Part shown: in pieces, positions 10,669-22,723 of the stretch
How positions within the stretch are numbered: the first letter of the stretch is position 1
Layout of the letters: the number at the start of each line of letters is the position of its first letter
Origin: Lysobacterales bacterium
Lineage (GTDB): Bacteria > Pseudomonadota > Gammaproteobacteria > Xanthomonadales > SZUA-5
Length of the DNA stretch: 64,000 nt
Direction: 5' to 3'
NCBI GenBank assembly: GCA_022844165.1
Contig: JALHMH010000012.1
Span: 1-64,000 of the forward strand
The notes under the pieces: generated by a model
Databases searched by the model: none
Told to the model about the DNA's origin: nothing
What the model saw: only the letters and a program-made list of their open reading frames with translations
Program-made: the position numbers and the translations under genes

Positions 10669-11219
10669 GCAGGACGCGCTTGCCAGGACCCATGGCAGTT
10701 AAGGAGCCACGGCACGCTTTCCAGCGCGACACTAGTTGCACTTCTAGCGAAATCGATAAAGACCAACGCAGTAGGAAAACACCCAGCGATCATTGCGCCC
10801 CCTGTCTCGCCGTTGCTTCGCCACACTGATACACCATAAGCACGTCCCTGTGCGTCTTCGAAATCTCGCAAATTCTCGCGAAACCGAGGACGTCCAATGA
10901 ATCCTTATGCAATGGTAAGTTCAACGATTTCAAGGCCCAGCGAGCGGAGATCATCGCGTGCGATTTCGGCGCACAGCCTACCCGCTTGGGTGCTTTCTGC
11001 ACTAGCCGGCTCTCGATGCCGACGAACAAGTACCGCCTGGTCTTGAGGCCCAGCGGTCGCATGCGCGAAGCCAACGCGCGCAGGCGGCGGAGCCGGATCC
11101 AGGAGATCCGAACGATCTTGGCCGTCCCGCGAACACCAAACGCACCCACTCCCGAACCCCTTGTCACCCGCCCATCGCGCAAGCAGGATCGCCCCAGCCG
11201 CCTGCAAACGCCGCGCCCC

Positions 11220-12179
11220 ATGGAACGCACAGAACGCATTGCCCTGCTGCATGGATTGCTCACGCGCAACCGTTACGGCCTTAGCAACGACCGCCTGATG
11301 CAGGAAGCGGCGTGCTCGCGCTCCACGTTGTATCGGGATTTGAGTTTCATGCGCGATTCCTTAGGCGCGCCGCTGGTCCACGAAGGCGATCCGGGGCGCA
11401 TCTGGCGCTATGTGCATCGCGAATCCGGCGCCTTCCAATTGCCCGGCGTGTGGCTGAGCGCAGACGAGCTGTACGCGCTGATGCTCGCCCAAGAAGTCCT
11501 TCAGCGCAGCGGCGCCGGCTTGCTCAGTCAGGCGCTGGGCCCCTTGCAGCCGCGCATTCACAAACTGCTGGGCGACAAAGCCCGCCGTCTGCACCGGCTG
11601 CGCGTGCTGCGCACCCAGGCGCGGCAAGGCAACCAGACAGTCTTTCGCATCGTCACCGAAGCCGTGCTCGAAGGCCGCCAATTGCGCTTTGTCTATCAGG
11701 CGCGTTCCACACAAGAAGAGCGCGAACGCCAGGTCTCCCCGCAGCGCCTCACGCACCATCGCGACAACTGGTATCTGGACGCCTGGGACCCAACGCAAAA
11801 CAGCCTGCGCCGCTTCGCCCTCGACCGCATCCGCAAACCGGAGCTTAGCGATGAGGCCGCCATCGAACTGCCCGCCGCCCAGCTCGACACCCACCAGGCC
11901 GCCGGATACGGCATCTTCGCCGGACCGATCATCGCCACCGCCGTCATCCGCTTCACCCCACACGCCGCCCGCTGGATTGCCGACGAGCACTGGCACCCCG
12001 CGCAACGCCAGCGCGTCCTGCCCGACGGCAGCCTCGAACTCACCATCCCGTACGCCAACCCGCGCGAGCTGCTGATGGACGTGCAACGCTACGGCGCCGA
12101 CGCCGAAATCCTCGCGCCGGTGGAGCTGCGCGAGCAGATGCGGGGGATGCTGGCGGCGGCGTTGGGGAGGTATGGGTAG
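11220..12179 (+). CDS. HTH-WYL-WCX transcriptional regulator (YafY/PafB/DriD-like)
   Basis: Start moved to ATG 11220 (MERTERIALL). wHTH SRSTLYRDL, WYL domain RQVSPQRLTHHRDNWYLDAW...RRFALDRI, and WCX-like tail YGADAEILAP. Confidence 0.9.
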   Translation: MERTERIALLHGLLTRNRYGLSNDRLMQEAACSRSTLYRDLSFMRDSLGAPLVHEGDPGRIWRYVHRESGAFQLPGVWLSADELYALMLAQEVLQRSGAGLLSQALGPLQPRIHKLLGDKARRLHRLRVLRTQARQGNQTVFRIVTEAVLEGRQLRFVYQARSTQEERERQVSPQRLTHHRDNWYLDAWDPTQNSLRRFALDRIRKPELSDEAAIELPAAQLDTHQAAGYGIFAGPIIATAVIRFTPHAARWIADEHWHPAQRQRVLPDGSLELTIPYANPRELLMDVQRYGADAEILAPVELREQMRGMLAAALGRYG

Positions 12180-12184
12180 GGGGC

Positions 12185-12208
12185 TCGCGGCGCGGGTTAT
12201 TGCCGCGA
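12185..12208 (+). terminator. GC-rich hairpin after the WYL gene
   Basis: TCGCGGC-N10-GCCGCGA 5 nt after the stop codon. No clear U-tract. Confidence 0.3.
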
Positions 12209-12458
12209 CTGAAGACGAAACGTCGCCGACGTTAAGGCTTCCGCCGCAAGCGACGATTCAACCCTATGATGTGGGCAAAGATTAGTACACGCAGGTAGCA
12301 GTGACTCTAGCCTCCCATCCAACATACGACCAATGCGCAATCGGTTGCCGGCTCCCGGCCATCGTATCGCTTGGTTTGGCCCTGATGGCCCCCGCACGAG
12401 TCGCCCTAGGCATTGGCAGCTCGCTTGATGCAAGCGGCATACTCATCGGAGCCGACGC

Positions 12459-15400
12459 GTGAAGCTCGAATCCATCTCCCGCGGCGCAGTCTTGACTGGC
12501 ATTGACCCGTCTGGCCCCGTGACCGTCATGGCGGTCGATGGGCTGGGCACGGATGCGGTGACCGTAATCTTCAAGGGCGCCGATGGCCGGCCGGCGGAGC
12601 GAATGTTGTTTCGCTCGGATGAGTTGAGCATCGAACCGGCGACGATCACTCGGCCGTGGTCGTTCGGTGCATCCGCTAGGGACTTCAAACTAGCTGCGGA
12701 GGCGCAGCGCATCAAGCTGGCGCATTTGTTTGATCCGATGATGGCCGTGCACACGTCCAACGTGGAGCCGCTGCCGCATCAGATTTCGGCTGTCTACGAA
12801 GCGATGCTGCCGCGCCAACCCTTGCGATTTGTGCTGGCGGACGACCCGGGTGCCGGCAAGACCATTATGGCCGGCCTGCTAATCCGCGAGCTGATACTGA
12901 GGTCCGACGCGCAGCGCATCCTGATCGTGTCTCCTGGGTCACTCAGTGGGCAGTGGCAGGATGAACTGCGCGAGAAGTTCGGGCTCGACTTCGAGATCTT
13001 TAGCCGGGAGAAGCAGGAGAGCAGCGCCAGCGGCAACTACTTCGCCGAGACGAATCGTGTGATTGCGCGGCTCGATCAACTGTCGCGAGCCGAGGAACTC
13101 CAGGAGAAGCTGAAGTCAACGCATTGGGATCTGATCGTTGTCGACGAAGCACACAAGCTCTCGGCCAATTTCTTCGGCAACGAGGTCAAGAAGACTAAGC
13201 GCTTCCAGCTTGGCGAGCTGCTGGGATCGATCACCCGGCACTTCCTGCTGATGACCGCGACACCGCATAACGGCAAGGAAGAGGACTTCCAGCTGTTTCT
13301 GTCGCTCATCGACACTGATCGCTTCTATGGCAAGTTTCGCGAGGGAGGCCGCAGCGTTGATGTCAGCGATCTGATGCGACGCATGGTCAAGGAGGACCTG
13401 CTCAAGTTTGACGGAACTCGCCTGTTCCCGGAACGCCTGGCCTATACCGCTAACTACCAGCTTTCCCCTCGCGAAGAGGCCCTTTACTCCCACGTAACCG
13501 ATTACGTCCGCAATGAGATGAACCGGGCGGCGAATCTGCAGAACGGACGCACGGGCACCGTCGGTTTCGCATTGACCATCCTGCAACGACGCTTGGCGTC
13601 GAGCCCGGAAGCGATCTTTCAATCGCTGCGTCGTCGGCGTCGACGGCTGGAAGAGAGCTACGACGAGTTGAAGCTGACGGCACGCGGCCAGCGCATCGCG
13701 CAACCGACGGCCACCTACAAGGCAGTGCTGATTGACGTTCCCGAGAATCTGGACGAAGCGGAAGACTCGCTCAGTCCGGAGGATTTCGAGGAGTTCGCCG
13801 AACAGGTGGTGGACCAAGCCACGGCATCGGAAACGATAGCGGAGCTGGAAGCCGAGATTTCTACGTTGAAGTCGCTGGAGACGGAGGCCTACGGCATCGT
13901 CCAATCGCGCAGCGACCGCAAGTGGGATCAGCTATCGAAGATCCTGCACGATGAGCCCGCCATGCGGGACGGGCAGGGCAATCGGCGCAAGCTGATCCTC
14001 TTCACCGAGCACCGCGACACACTGAATTACCTCAAGGAACGCATCACCGATTTCCTGGGTTCACAGGAAGCCGTCGTCACCATCCATGGTGGTACCAACC
14101 GCGATGAGCGGCGCAAGATTCAAGAGGAGTTCCGCCAGAACAAACGAGTCTTGGTGCTGGTGGCCACGGACGCGGCGGGGGAGGGCGTCAACCTCCAGAA
14201 CGCGAACCTGATGGTCAACTATGACTTGCCGTGGAACCCCAACCGCATCGAGCAACGCTTCGGCCGCATCCATCGCATCGGTCAGCGCGAGGTCTGTCAT
14301 CTGTGGAATCTGGTGGCGCAGGACACCCGCGAAGGCGCGGTGTTCCAACGCCTGTTCGAGAAGATCGATATCGAGAAGAAGGCCCTTGGTGGCCGCGTGT
14401 TCGACGTGCTCGGCGAGGCCTTCGACAACCAGTCGCTCAAGGATCTCTTGATCGAGGCGATCCGCTATGGCGATCTCCCGGAGACCAAAGCCAAGCTCTA
14501 CGAGGTTATCGACAACACTCTGGACACGGCGAAGCTCAAGGCCATCTTCGAACGCAACGCGCTGGTCGAAAACACTATGTCGCTGGAGTCGCTGTATGCG
14601 ATTAAGGACGAGATGGACAAGGCGGAAGCGCGCAAGCTGCAGCCGTACTTCATCCGTGCTTTTTTCACCGAAGCGTTCAAGCGCCTGGGCGGCGAGCTGC
14701 GCGCCAAGGAATCCGGTCGCTTCGAAGTACCGCACGTGCCCGCAGCGATCCGCGAGCGCGACCGCCAGATAGGGGCCACACGCACCCCGGTGCTGCGCGA
14801 CTATCACCGGATCTGTTTCGAAAAGAACGATGTGCGGCCGGACGGCCGCGCTCCGGCCGACTTGCTGCATCCGGCGCATCCGCTGATGGCTGCGGTGTTG
14901 GACCTGACTTTGGAACAGCACCGCAACACGCTCAAGCAAGGCTGCGTGCTCATCGATACCGATGATCAGGGCACCGAGCCCAAGCTGCTGCTGATGATCG
15001 ATCACAGCGTCCGCGATGGCAGCGGGCGCGATGCCGGCACCATCTCCCGGCGCGTGCAGTTCCTGACCGCCACGCCCACCGGTGAGATGGCCTTTGCTGG
15101 CTGGGCGCCGCACCTGGATCTATCCGAACCCAGCGATGAAGACCTGATCGCTGTGCGTGATTTGCTGGCCGCCGAATGGCTCCAGCAGGGCATCGAAAGC
15201 CGCGCGCTGGCCTACGCTTCAACGCAGATCGTGCCTGAGCACTATGAAGAAACTCGCAGTCGACGGCTGCGCCAGGCGGATCGCATTCACCAAGCCGTCC
15301 GTGAGCGTCTGACGCGCGAGGTCCAGCACCTTTCGCATCGCGCCATCGAGCTGGATGCCGAGGTCAAGGCAGGGCGCCAGCCGCGGATGCAACCCGAACT

Positions 15401-15974
15401 GCTGCGGCGTCGCGCTGAGGAGCTGACCGCGCGCCTGGACAATCGAGAAAAGGAAATCGAGCGCATGCGCCACGTCGTGGCCGCGGCGCCCTTGATCGTT
15501 GGCGGCGCGCTTGTCGTCCCCGCCGGTGCGCTGTCGAGCCGACGCAGCCCGGCACCCGGTGCCTTCAGTCAGGATCCACTGGCCCGCGACCGCATCGAGC
15601 AGTTGGCCATGGAAGCGGTGATCCGTGCCGAAGAGGCGATGGGCCATTCGCCACGGGATGTCTCTGCGCAGAAGCTCGGCTGGGACATCACCTCACATCC
15701 GCCGGTGGTCGACGGCCGCATGCCTGAGGCACGCTTGATCGAGGTGAAGGGTAGGGCGAAGGGCGCCCCGACGGTCACCGTGACCAAGAACGAGATCCAC
15801 ACCGCGCTCAATAAGCCGGATCAGTTCCTGCTGGCGATCGTTATTGTTGACGAGGAAGGTAGAGTTGAAGGTCCGTACTACCTCGCGCGTCCGTTCACGC
15901 AGGCGCCTGATTGGAACGAAGAAGCAAGGAGCATTTCGTTGGAAGCGCTCCTTGGTAGGCAGACGACGCGGTAA
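12459..15974 (+). CDS. SNF2-family helicase with C-terminal DUF3883 (PD-(D/E)xK) nuclease
   Basis: 1171 aa, GTG start. [45 protein letters not shown], and C-terminal GWDITS...IEVKGR...TKNE. Confidence 0.9.
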   Translation: MKLESISRGAVLTGIDPSGPVTVMAVDGLGTDAVTVIFKGADGRPAERMLFRSDELSIEPATITRPWSFGASARDFKLAAEAQRIKLAHLFDPMMAVHTSNVEPLPHQISAVYEAMLPRQPLRFVLADDPGAGKTIMAGLLIRELILRSDAQRILIVSPGSLSGQWQDELREKFGLDFEIFSREKQESSASGNYFAETNRVIARLDQLSRAEELQEKLKSTHWDLIVVDEAHKLSANFFGNEVKKTKRFQLGELLGSITRHFLLMTATPHNGKEEDFQLFLSLIDTDRFYGKFREGGRSVDVSDLMRRMVKEDLLKFDGTRLFPERLAYTANYQLSPREEALYSHVTDYVRNEMNRAANLQNGRTGTVGFALTILQRRLASSPEAIFQSLRRRRRRLEESYDELKLTARGQRIAQPTATYKAVLIDVPENLDEAEDSLSPEDFEEFAEQVVDQATASETIAELEAEISTLKSLETEAYGIVQSRSDRKWDQLSKILHDEPAMRDGQGNRRKLILFTEHRDTLNYLKERITDFLGSQEAVVTIHGGTNRDERRKIQEEFRQNKRVLVLVATDAAGEGVNLQNANLMVNYDLPWNPNRIEQRFGRIHRIGQREVCHLWNLVAQDTREGAVFQRLFEKIDIEKKALGGRVFDVLGEAFDNQSLKDLLIEAIRYGDLPETKAKLYEVIDNTLDTAKLKAIFERNALVENTMSLESLYAIKDEMDKAEARKLQPYFIRAFFTEAFKRLGGELRAKESGRFEVPHVPAAIRERDRQIGATRTPVLRDYHRICFEKNDVRPDGRAPADLLHPAHPLMAAVLDLTLEQHRNTLKQGCVLIDTDDQGTEPKLLLMIDHSVRDGSGRDAGTISRRVQFLTATPTGEMAFAGWAPHLDLSEPSDEDLIAVRDLLAAEWLQQGIESRALAYASTQIVPEHYEETRSRRLRQADRIHQAVRERLTREVQHLSHRAIELDAEVKAGRQPRMQPELLRRRAEELTARLDNREKEIERMRHVVAAAPLIVGGALVVPAGALSSRRSPAPGAFSQDPLARDRIEQLAMEAVIRAEEAMGHSPRDVSAQKLGWDITSHPPVVDGRMPEARLIEVKGRAKGAPTVTVTKNEIHTALNKPDQFLLAIVIVDEEGRVEGPYYLARPFTQAPDWNEEARSISLEALLGRQTTR

Positions 15975-16006
15975 GCCGCTGCCTCGTAGTCAAAGAAGGA
16001 CACGAA

Positions 16007-17359
16007 ATGAACAGCCTTGGCATCGAACGCCTAAAGCTCACCAACTTCCGTTGCTTCACGGAGCTTGAGATTCGCTTCGATGAGCGTCTGACCGTGCTCG
16101 TGGCCAACAATGGGCAGGGCAAAACTGCTGTGCTTGACGCCGTTGCAACGGCCTTAGGGCCCTATGTCAGCGCTTTCGATGACGGCAAGGATCGTGGATT
16201 CGAGCGCGATGACATCCGTTGGGTTCGATCTGGGAACGCCAATCAGATGGAATTGGCAGACGGTGGCGTTGTGTTGGAAGCTTCTGGCAGCGTCGACTAC
16301 CTACCGGCGATCTGGAAGCGACAACTGGCCGGCTACAAGTCCCGAACAACTCGTAGGGATGCAGCGTGTCTGACGGACTTTGGCAAGAAGCTCCAGAGCC
16401 GTGTCCGCCGCGAAGCGGACGGCGAACCCACGACGTCGTACTGCCTTCCCCTGGTTGCTTACTATTCGACAGATCGATTGTGGAATCTGCGGCGTTTGCC
16501 CTACAAGAAGTTGCCCAGAACATCACGCATGGTCGGGTACACCCACTGTCTTGAGTCGGGTTCTGATTTCCATTTGATGGCGGATTGGTTCCGCTATTGG
16601 AGCATCAATGCGTTGAACCAGCGCCTTCTTGCGCAGAATGAAGGGCTGCGGCCATCCCCTGGCGAGCATGACCACGCGCTGGAAGTGGTTCGCACGGCGA
16701 TCAATCATTGCTTGCGGCCTACTGGCTGGGGCGATGTCACCTTCAGTGTCGAACGCGAGGAAATCGTCGCCAAGCATCCGCAATACGGCGAACTTCCCAT
16801 CGGCATGCTCAGCGACGGCATTCGCAGCATGCTCACCCTAGTTGCTGACATTGCCTTTCGGATGGTGAAGCTCAACCCGAACCTTGGGCCGTTTGCCGCG
16901 ACAAGTGCAAATGGCATCGTTCTGATCGACGAAGTTGACATGCATTTGCACCCGGAATGGCAGCAAACCGTTCTGTCCTCCCTGCTCGAGGCGTTTCCCA
17001 AGGTGCAGTTCATCGTCACCACGCACAGCCCCCAAGTCTTGAGTACGGTGCGCCGCGAGCAGATTCGTGTTCTCGGACAGAATGTGTTGGGGAGGCTCAT
17101 CGCCGAGCCACCCTTGGCAAGGACTTATGGCGAGCCGAGTGGTGATGTGATGCTGGGCGTGATGCATGTAGACCCACAGCCCCCGATCGTCGAAAAGGGC
17201 GATCTGCAGCGGCTGACAGAACTGGTGGATCGAGGTGCCTTTGACTCCGCAGATGCGTTGCGGTTGATGTCGGAGCTGCGCGATGTTTTGGGAGTTCACC
17301 ACCCCCAGCTGTTGCGTCTGCAGCGCAGTATCGCCAGGCAAAAGGCGCTCACGCAATGA
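16007..17359 (+). CDS. ptuA: ABC/AAA_21-type ATPase, PtuA (Septu / retron Ec78 effector)-like
   Basis: 450 aa. Walker A ANNGQGKT, signature LSDGIR, Walker B IVLIDEVDMHLHPEWQ, H-loop TTHSPQV. Followed by an HNH gene. Confidence 0.8.
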   Translation: MNSLGIERLKLTNFRCFTELEIRFDERLTVLVANNGQGKTAVLDAVATALGPYVSAFDDGKDRGFERDDIRWVRSGNANQMELADGGVVLEASGSVDYLPAIWKRQLAGYKSRTTRRDAACLTDFGKKLQSRVRREADGEPTTSYCLPLVAYYSTDRLWNLRRLPYKKLPRTSRMVGYTHCLESGSDFHLMADWFRYWSINALNQRLLAQNEGLRPSPGEHDHALEVVRTAINHCLRPTGWGDVTFSVEREEIVAKHPQYGELPIGMLSDGIRSMLTLVADIAFRMVKLNPNLGPFAATSANGIVLIDEVDMHLHPEWQQTVLSSLLEAFPKVQFIVTTHSPQVLSTVRREQIRVLGQNVLGRLIAEPPLARTYGEPSGDVMLGVMHVDPQPPIVEKGDLQRLTELVDRGAFDSADALRLMSELRDVLGVHHPQLLRLQRSIARQKALTQ

Positions 17360-18072
17360 GGTACATTTGCCTCGCGGGCGTTGGTACCAGTGCATTGATT
17401 CGCCAGCACCGAAGCCCACCGTCAACCAGCGCTGAATCCACCAGGCTCTGGCAAAGATTGGCGGGCAAACACGCCTTGCTGGCTGAATTGCGCGAAGAGC
17501 AGTACCAACTTTGCTGCTACAGCGAAATCAACCCAGACGAGCTCAATCTCGGCGCGCATATCGAGCATGTAGTCAACAAGAGCGCAGACCCTGCACGAAC
17601 CTTTGACTACCAGAACTTGGCAGCCTGTGCGCTGTCGAGTGACGATCTCGCGAGCCGTGACAAGAAGGATGTCTTCGGAGGCCATGCTGCCGGTAAGCGC
17701 GGAGCTGTCAACTTCCAGCAATTTGTTTCTCCCCATATGCCGGGTTGCAGGGATTTCTTCGTCTATCTGTCCGATGGACGTGTTGTTCCTGCAGGCAATC
17801 CTGGCGAACCGGACTTCCAGCGAGCGGACTACACGATCACTCTGTTGAATCTCAATGCCCCATATCTGGTAATCCTGCGCCGGAATTGGTGGAAAGAGCT
17901 CGATGAGCTGTGGGAGGAACACCAGCAGAAGAACTGGAACTTGCCCGATCTGGCCGCTGTGGATCTGGTGCCGACCGGTACTCGCCTGAGTCGCTTCTTC
18001 AGCCTTACACGTCAGTACTTTGGACGAATCGCTGAAACCGTGCTCCAACAACAGGCTCCTCAGTTGGTATGA
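17356..18072 (+). CDS. ptuB: HNH endonuclease, PtuB / TIGR02646-like
   Basis: 238 aa. [36 protein letters not shown]-coupled to the ATPase. Confidence 0.78.
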   Translation: MRYICLAGVGTSALIRQHRSPPSTSAESTRLWQRLAGKHALLAELREEQYQLCCYSEINPDELNLGAHIEHVVNKSADPARTFDYQNLAACALSSDDLASRDKKDVFGGHAAGKRGAVNFQQFVSPHMPGCRDFFVYLSDGRVVPAGNPGEPDFQRADYTITLLNLNAPYLVILRRNWWKELDELWEEHQQKNWNLPDLAAVDLVPTGTRLSRFFSLTRQYFGRIAETVLQQQAPQLV

Positions 18073-20996
18073 CTCCGATCCGCGCCCCCAAGAAGCTCAT
18101 CGAAGTGGCACTGCCTCTCGACGACATCAACATTGCATCAGCTCGTGAGAAGTCGATCCGGCATGGGCATCCGAGCACGCTGCATCTGTGGTGGGCGCGG
18201 CGGCCGTTGGCCGCAGCTCGGGCGGTGTTGTTTGCGCAGTTGGTCAACGACCCTGGCTATGAATCCGGCGCGGGCTTTCAGCGCGGCGTGAACAAAAAGG
18301 ACGCGGCGCTGGAGCGTGAGCGGTTGTTCAACATCATCCGCAAGCTGGTCAAGTGGGAGAACACCAACAACGAGGCGGTGCTTGCCGAGGCCCGGGCGGA
18401 GATCTGGAAGAGCTGGCGGGAGACCTGCAAGCTCAACGAGCGGCATCCGCAGGCGGCCGAGCTGTTCAATCCGGAGAAGTTGCCGGCATTTCATGATCCG
18501 TTTGCCGGGGGTGGCGCGATTCCGCTGGAAGCGCAGCGGCTGGGGCTGGAGGCGCATGCCTCGGACCTGAACCCGGTGGCGGTGCTGATCAACAAGGCGA
18601 TGATCGAGATTCCGCCGAAGTTCGCTGGGCGCAAGCCGGTGGGCCCGGAGCCGGTGGCGGCGGAACCCACCGAGCGCAAGACGCGCGAGATGCACGAGGA
18701 TTGGCCGGGTGCGCGTGGGCTGGCGGAGGATGTACGGCGCTACGGACATTGGATGCGAACCGAGGCCGAGAAGCGCATCGGGCATCTGTATCCCAAGGTC
18801 GAGATCACCGAGGCGATGGCTCAAGCGCGCCCGGACCTGAAGCCGCTGGTGGGTGAACAACTGACGGTGATCGCCTGGCTGTGGGCGCGAACGGTGCACA
18901 GCCCGAATCCGGCTTATGCGCACATCGAAGTGCCTTTGGCGTCGACCTTCCTGCTGTCCACCAAGGCCGGCAAGGAAGCCTGGGTGGAGCCGGTGATCGA
19001 ACGCGGCGGCTATTACTTCGAGGTGAAGGTGTCGGACGGGCGGCGGAGGCTGCCGGCAAGTGCGAAAGGGGGAACCAAAGCGCCGGGCAGAGGTTCCAAT
19101 TTTCTTTGCTTGGTGTCAGGGACACCGATCACCGGCGACTACATCAAGTCTGAAGGACAGTCCGGCCGCATGGGCCAGCGGCTGATGGCCATCGTGGCGG
19201 AAGGTCGACGCTCACGGGTTTACCTGTCGCCGGACGACGTTTCGGAGCAGATTGCGGGATCCGCCCATCCGACCTGGAGGCCTGACGGCGACGTCCCTTC
19301 GCGTCTGACCGGTGGGACCTGCTACAGCTACGGCCTAATGCGGTGGGGCGATCTCTTCACCTCGCGCCAGCTCGTCGCGCTGACCACGTTCTCGGACCTC
19401 GTCGCCGAGGCTCGTGAGCGCATCCGCGCCGCCGCGTTGGCCGCCGGTATGTCCGACGATGGTCTTGGCTTGGATGGGGGAGGGATGGGAGCGACCGCCT
19501 ATGCAGATGGCGTTACGACCTATCTCGCTCTGGCAATTGACAAGGTTGCGGATTACGGGAGTGGGCTTGTCGTATGGAGTCCAACGCGAGATCAGGCAAA
19601 GACGACATTTGCTCGCCAAGCGCTTCCGATGGTCTGGGATTTCGCAGAGATAAACCCATTTGCATCTGCAGCAGGTGATATTGGGGTTTCATTGGAAGGA
19701 ATCAGCCGAGCAATACTCGGCGTCGCTGCGTCAGGCTTTGCAGTTGTTGTGCATGGGGATGCTCAAACCCAGAAAATATCGGCACGCAAGGTGATTTCGA
19801 CTGATCCGCCCTACTACGACAACATTGGGTACGCTGATCTATCAGATTTTTTCTATGTTTGGCTGCGTCGCAGTCTGCGTCCGATCTTTCCGACCTTGCT
19901 AGCCACGATGGCAGTACCGAAAGCGGAAGAACTGGTTGCGACGCCCTATCGCCACGGTAATAAGGAAGGCGCAGAGCGCTTCTTCCTAAATGGCATGACC
20001 GAGGCGATGCATAACCTTGCGCTTCAGGCGCATCCAGCCTTCCCGGTCACGATCTACTACGCCTTTAAGCAGTCCTCCACAGCCGCCTGTGGCACGTCAT
20101 CTACTGGGTGGGAGACCTTTCTAGCTGCGGTGATTCGAGCTGGATTCGCGATCGGCGGGACTTGGCCGATGCGCACAGAGCGGGACGCCCGGAGCATTGG
20201 AATTGGTACCAACGCGCTTGCCTCCAGCATCATCCTGGTGTGCAATCGGCGCGCTGACGATGCGCCAACCATCTCGCGAAAGGACCTTTTGCGTGAACTG
20301 AAGGAGCACCTGGGAGAAGCCTTGGATGCAATGGTCGGCGGCAGCGAAGGTCTTTCACCGATCACCCCGGTAGACCTTGCCCAGTCGGCCATTGGCCCTG
20401 GCATGGCGGTGTTCTCGAAGTATTCGGCGGTGTTGGAAGCCAACGGTGAGCCGATGACCGTGCACACTGCGCTGACCTTGATCAACAAGCAGGTCGACGA
20501 AGTGTTGGGTGGTGAGAACTTCGACGCCGACACCAACTTTTGCTTGGGCTGGTTCCAGGACGTCGGCTGGTCAGCTGGAGAATTTGGCAGTGCCAATACA
20601 CTGGCGCAAGCAAAAGCCACCACCGTCGCCGCCGTTGAACAAGCCGGCGTGATTTCCGCCAAGGGTGGCAAGGTCAAGTTGCACAAGCCCGCTGACTATG
20701 CCAGCGACTGGGACCCACGCACCGACCAGCGCACGCCGGTCTGGGAAGCCCTGCACCAACTCATCCGCGCCCTCAACCAAGGCGGCGAATCCGCTGCTGG
20801 CGCGTTGCTAGCCCGAATGCCGGAACGCGGTGGCGACATCCGTCGCTTGGCGTTCTGGCTCTACACCCAGTGCGAGCGTAAAGGCTGGGCCGAAGACGCA
20901 CGCCACTACAACGAACTGGTCACCGCCTGGCACGCGATCGAGACGGCATCGCACGACGCCGGCGAAATCGGGGCACAATCGACAATGGATTTCTGA
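18069..20996 (+). CDS. DUF1156 amino-(adenine) DNA methyltransferase
   Basis: 975 aa. N-terminal LIEVALPL...[10 protein letters not shown] (DUF1156), SAM motif DPFAGGG, catalytic TDPPYYDN. Confidence 0.9.
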   Translation: MTPIRAPKKLIEVALPLDDINIASAREKSIRHGHPSTLHLWWARRPLAAARAVLFAQLVNDPGYESGAGFQRGVNKKDAALERERLFNIIRKLVKWENTNNEAVLAEARAEIWKSWRETCKLNERHPQAAELFNPEKLPAFHDPFAGGGAIPLEAQRLGLEAHASDLNPVAVLINKAMIEIPPKFAGRKPVGPEPVAAEPTERKTREMHEDWPGARGLAEDVRRYGHWMRTEAEKRIGHLYPKVEITEAMAQARPDLKPLVGEQLTVIAWLWARTVHSPNPAYAHIEVPLASTFLLSTKAGKEAWVEPVIERGGYYFEVKVSDGRRRLPASAKGGTKAPGRGSNFLCLVSGTPITGDYIKSEGQSGRMGQRLMAIVAEGRRSRVYLSPDDVSEQIAGSAHPTWRPDGDVPSRLTGGTCYSYGLMRWGDLFTSRQLVALTTFSDLVAEARERIRAAALAAGMSDDGLGLDGGGMGATAYADGVTTYLALAIDKVADYGSGLVVWSPTRDQAKTTFARQALPMVWDFAEINPFASAAGDIGVSLEGISRAILGVAASGFAVVVHGDAQTQKISARKVISTDPPYYDNIGYADLSDFFYVWLRRSLRPIFPTLLATMAVPKAEELVATPYRHGNKEGAERFFLNGMTEAMHNLALQAHPAFPVTIYYAFKQSSTAACGTSSTGWETFLAAVIRAGFAIGGTWPMRTERDARSIGIGTNALASSIILVCNRRADDAPTISRKDLLRELKEHLGEALDAMVGGSEGLSPITPVDLAQSAIGPGMAVFSKYSAVLEANGEPMTVHTALTLINKQVDEVLGGENFDADTNFCLGWFQDVGWSAGEFGSANTLAQAKATTVAAVEQAGVISAKGGKVKLHKPADYASDWDPRTDQRTPVWEALHQLIRALNQGGESAAGALLARMPERGGDIRRLAFWLYTQCERKGWAEDARHYNELVTAWHAIETASHDAGEIGAQSTMDF

Positions 20997-21004
20997 GGAC
21001 CGCC

Positions 21005-22723
21005 ATGGCCAAGGCCAATTTGCTCAAGACCGAGACGCGGAGCTTTCTGGAGCTGATCGGCAACGGCAAGACGTACAAGGTGCCTCGTTACCAGCGCGAC
21101 TATTCCTGGGGCGAGGAACAATGGGATGACTTGTGGGCCGACATCACTGACATTCTGACGCGGCCAGACGATCGCCACTACATGGGTGCTTTGGTCGTCG
21201 AAGGTCAGTCGGATCGTGAGTTTCTGATCATCGATGGCCAACAGCGCATTGCCACCCTGAGCGTGCTGGCGTTGGCCGTTCTGTGGCACCTCAGGGAACT
21301 TGCCGCGCGCGGAACCGAGCGCGAAGAAAACACCGAGCGTGCGCGTCATCTACGTGCGCGGTTCATCGGTGAAAAGGACCCGGCGCTGTTGACCGAATCG
21401 AGCAAGTTGTTCCTCAACGCCACCGACGATCCTTTCTACCAAGACTATCTGGTACAGCTGAGAGCGCCGCCAAACCCACGCAGTCTTCCGGTGTCCAACC
21501 GCGCGCTGTGGCGATGCTTCGAGTACTTCAGGAGCAGAATGGCGGCCGAGAAAGCGATCGCGAATTCGGGGGAAGCGCTCGCGCGGTTGTTGAACGAAGC
21601 CGTTGCGCGGCAGTTGCTGTTCATCCTGATCACGGTGGAGGATGACCTCAATGCCTACACGGTCTTCGAAACCCTGAATGCTCGTGGTCTCGAGCTGTCG
21701 GCGACGGACCTGCTAAAGAACTACCTTTTCGCCCGGGTGCGGGGCAAGCAGGATCAGGAAGCGCTGGGACGTCGATGGCAGCGGCTCGTTACGACCGTAC
21801 GTCAGGATCGGTTCCCTGAATTCCTGCGCTATCACCTCCTGTGCGAGGTTCCCAAGATCCGGCAGCAGCGATTGTTCAAGCTGGTGCGCGATCGTGTGCA
21901 GACCGGCGCCGATGTGTTTGATCTGATGGACCAGTTGGAGGGGCGCGCGGAACTGTTCGCTGCTGCCGGCGATGCCGACCATGGGTACTGGAAAGACAGG
22001 CCGGATGCGTTGCCGCATGTGCGCGAGCTGATCCTATTCCGGGTGCGGCAGCACATTCCGGTTCTGTTCGCTGGATGGCAGTGGCAACCATCTGAATTCG
22101 TCAAGTTGCTCAAGCTCATCTCGGTCTTCTCCTTCCGCTACATCATCGTCAGCGGACTGAACCCGAACGATCTGGAGCCGATGTATCACCAACTCGCCAA
22201 GAACATCCTGGCAGGGGCCATCAGCAATCCATCGCAAGCGTACTCGGCCATGCGCGAACTGTTCCCTTCGGACGACAAGTTCGAGCGCGATTTTTCCGAG
22301 CTTTCGGTGGAGACGAGTGGACAACCCGCCAAGCTCACTCGTTACATTCTTTGTCGCCTGGACAATGCAGGCGGTGGCCCCGTGATCGATTGGAACACCG
22401 ACCCGGGCACGATCGAACACATCCTGCCGGAAAACCCGAGCGCGGAATGGGATGCCAGTGTGGCCCCAGACCGTCAGGCGCAGTACGCCTATCGACTGGG
22501 CAATCTCACCCTGCTGGAGAAGCGTGTGAACCGCGACGCGGGCAATCGAACCTTCGAACAGAAACTGGAACTGTACGAACAGAGTCAATACCGGATGACC
22601 AAGGCTTTGCGCGAACACGCCCCGTCTGACTGGACTGTATCGGCCATTGAGGCACGTCAAGCGCGCATGGCGGCACGTGCCAAGGCGATATGGAAGTCGG
22701 ACTACGCAGGCGGTGACTCATGA
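21005..22723 (+). CDS. DUF262-DUF1524 protein (GmrSD-like type IV restriction nuclease)
   Basis: 572 aa. [17 protein letters not shown] and FETLNARG (DUF262); IEHILP...LGNLTLL...N (DUF1524 HNH). Confidence 0.88.
   Translation: MAKANLLKTETRSFLELIGNGKTYKVPRYQRDYSWGEEQWDDLWADITDILTRPDDRHYMGALVVEGQSDREFLIIDGQQRIATLSVLALAVLWHLRELAARGTEREENTERARHLRARFIGEKDPALLTESSKLFLNATDDPFYQDYLVQLRAPPNPRSLPVSNRALWRCFEYFRSRMAAEKAIANSGEALARLLNEAVARQLLFILITVEDDLNAYTVFETLNARGLELSATDLLKNYLFARVRGKQDQEALGRRWQRLVTTVRQDRFPEFLRYHLLCEVPKIRQQRLFKLVRDRVQTGADVFDLMDQLEGRAELFAAAGDADHGYWKDRPDALPHVRELILFRVRQHIPVLFAGWQWQPSEFVKLLKLISVFSFRYIIVSGLNPNDLEPMYHQLAKNILAGAISNPSQAYSAMRELFPSDDKFERDFSELSVETSGQPAKLTRYILCRLDNAGGGPVIDWNTDPGTIEHILPENPSAEWDASVAPDRQAQYAYRLGNLTLLEKRVNRDAGNRTFEQKLELYEQSQYRMTKALREHAPSDWTVSAIEARQARMAARAKAIWKSDYAGGDS

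Noticed and set aside
10665-10871. 68-aa ORF whose stop overlaps the 911-aa start (possible remnant of an upstream dru gene)
   Set aside because: TTG start, no recognisable motif, and the ATGA overlap arises automatically from ATG-AGA.
10986-11219. 78-aa N-terminal extension of the WYL protein
   Set aside because: Low-complexity Arg/Pro sequence; the HTH domain starts at ATG 11220.
15975-16006. Retron (msr-msd + RT) associated with ptuAB
   Set aside because: Only 32 nt upstream, and no ORF with RT motifs (YADD, VTG) was seen in the window.
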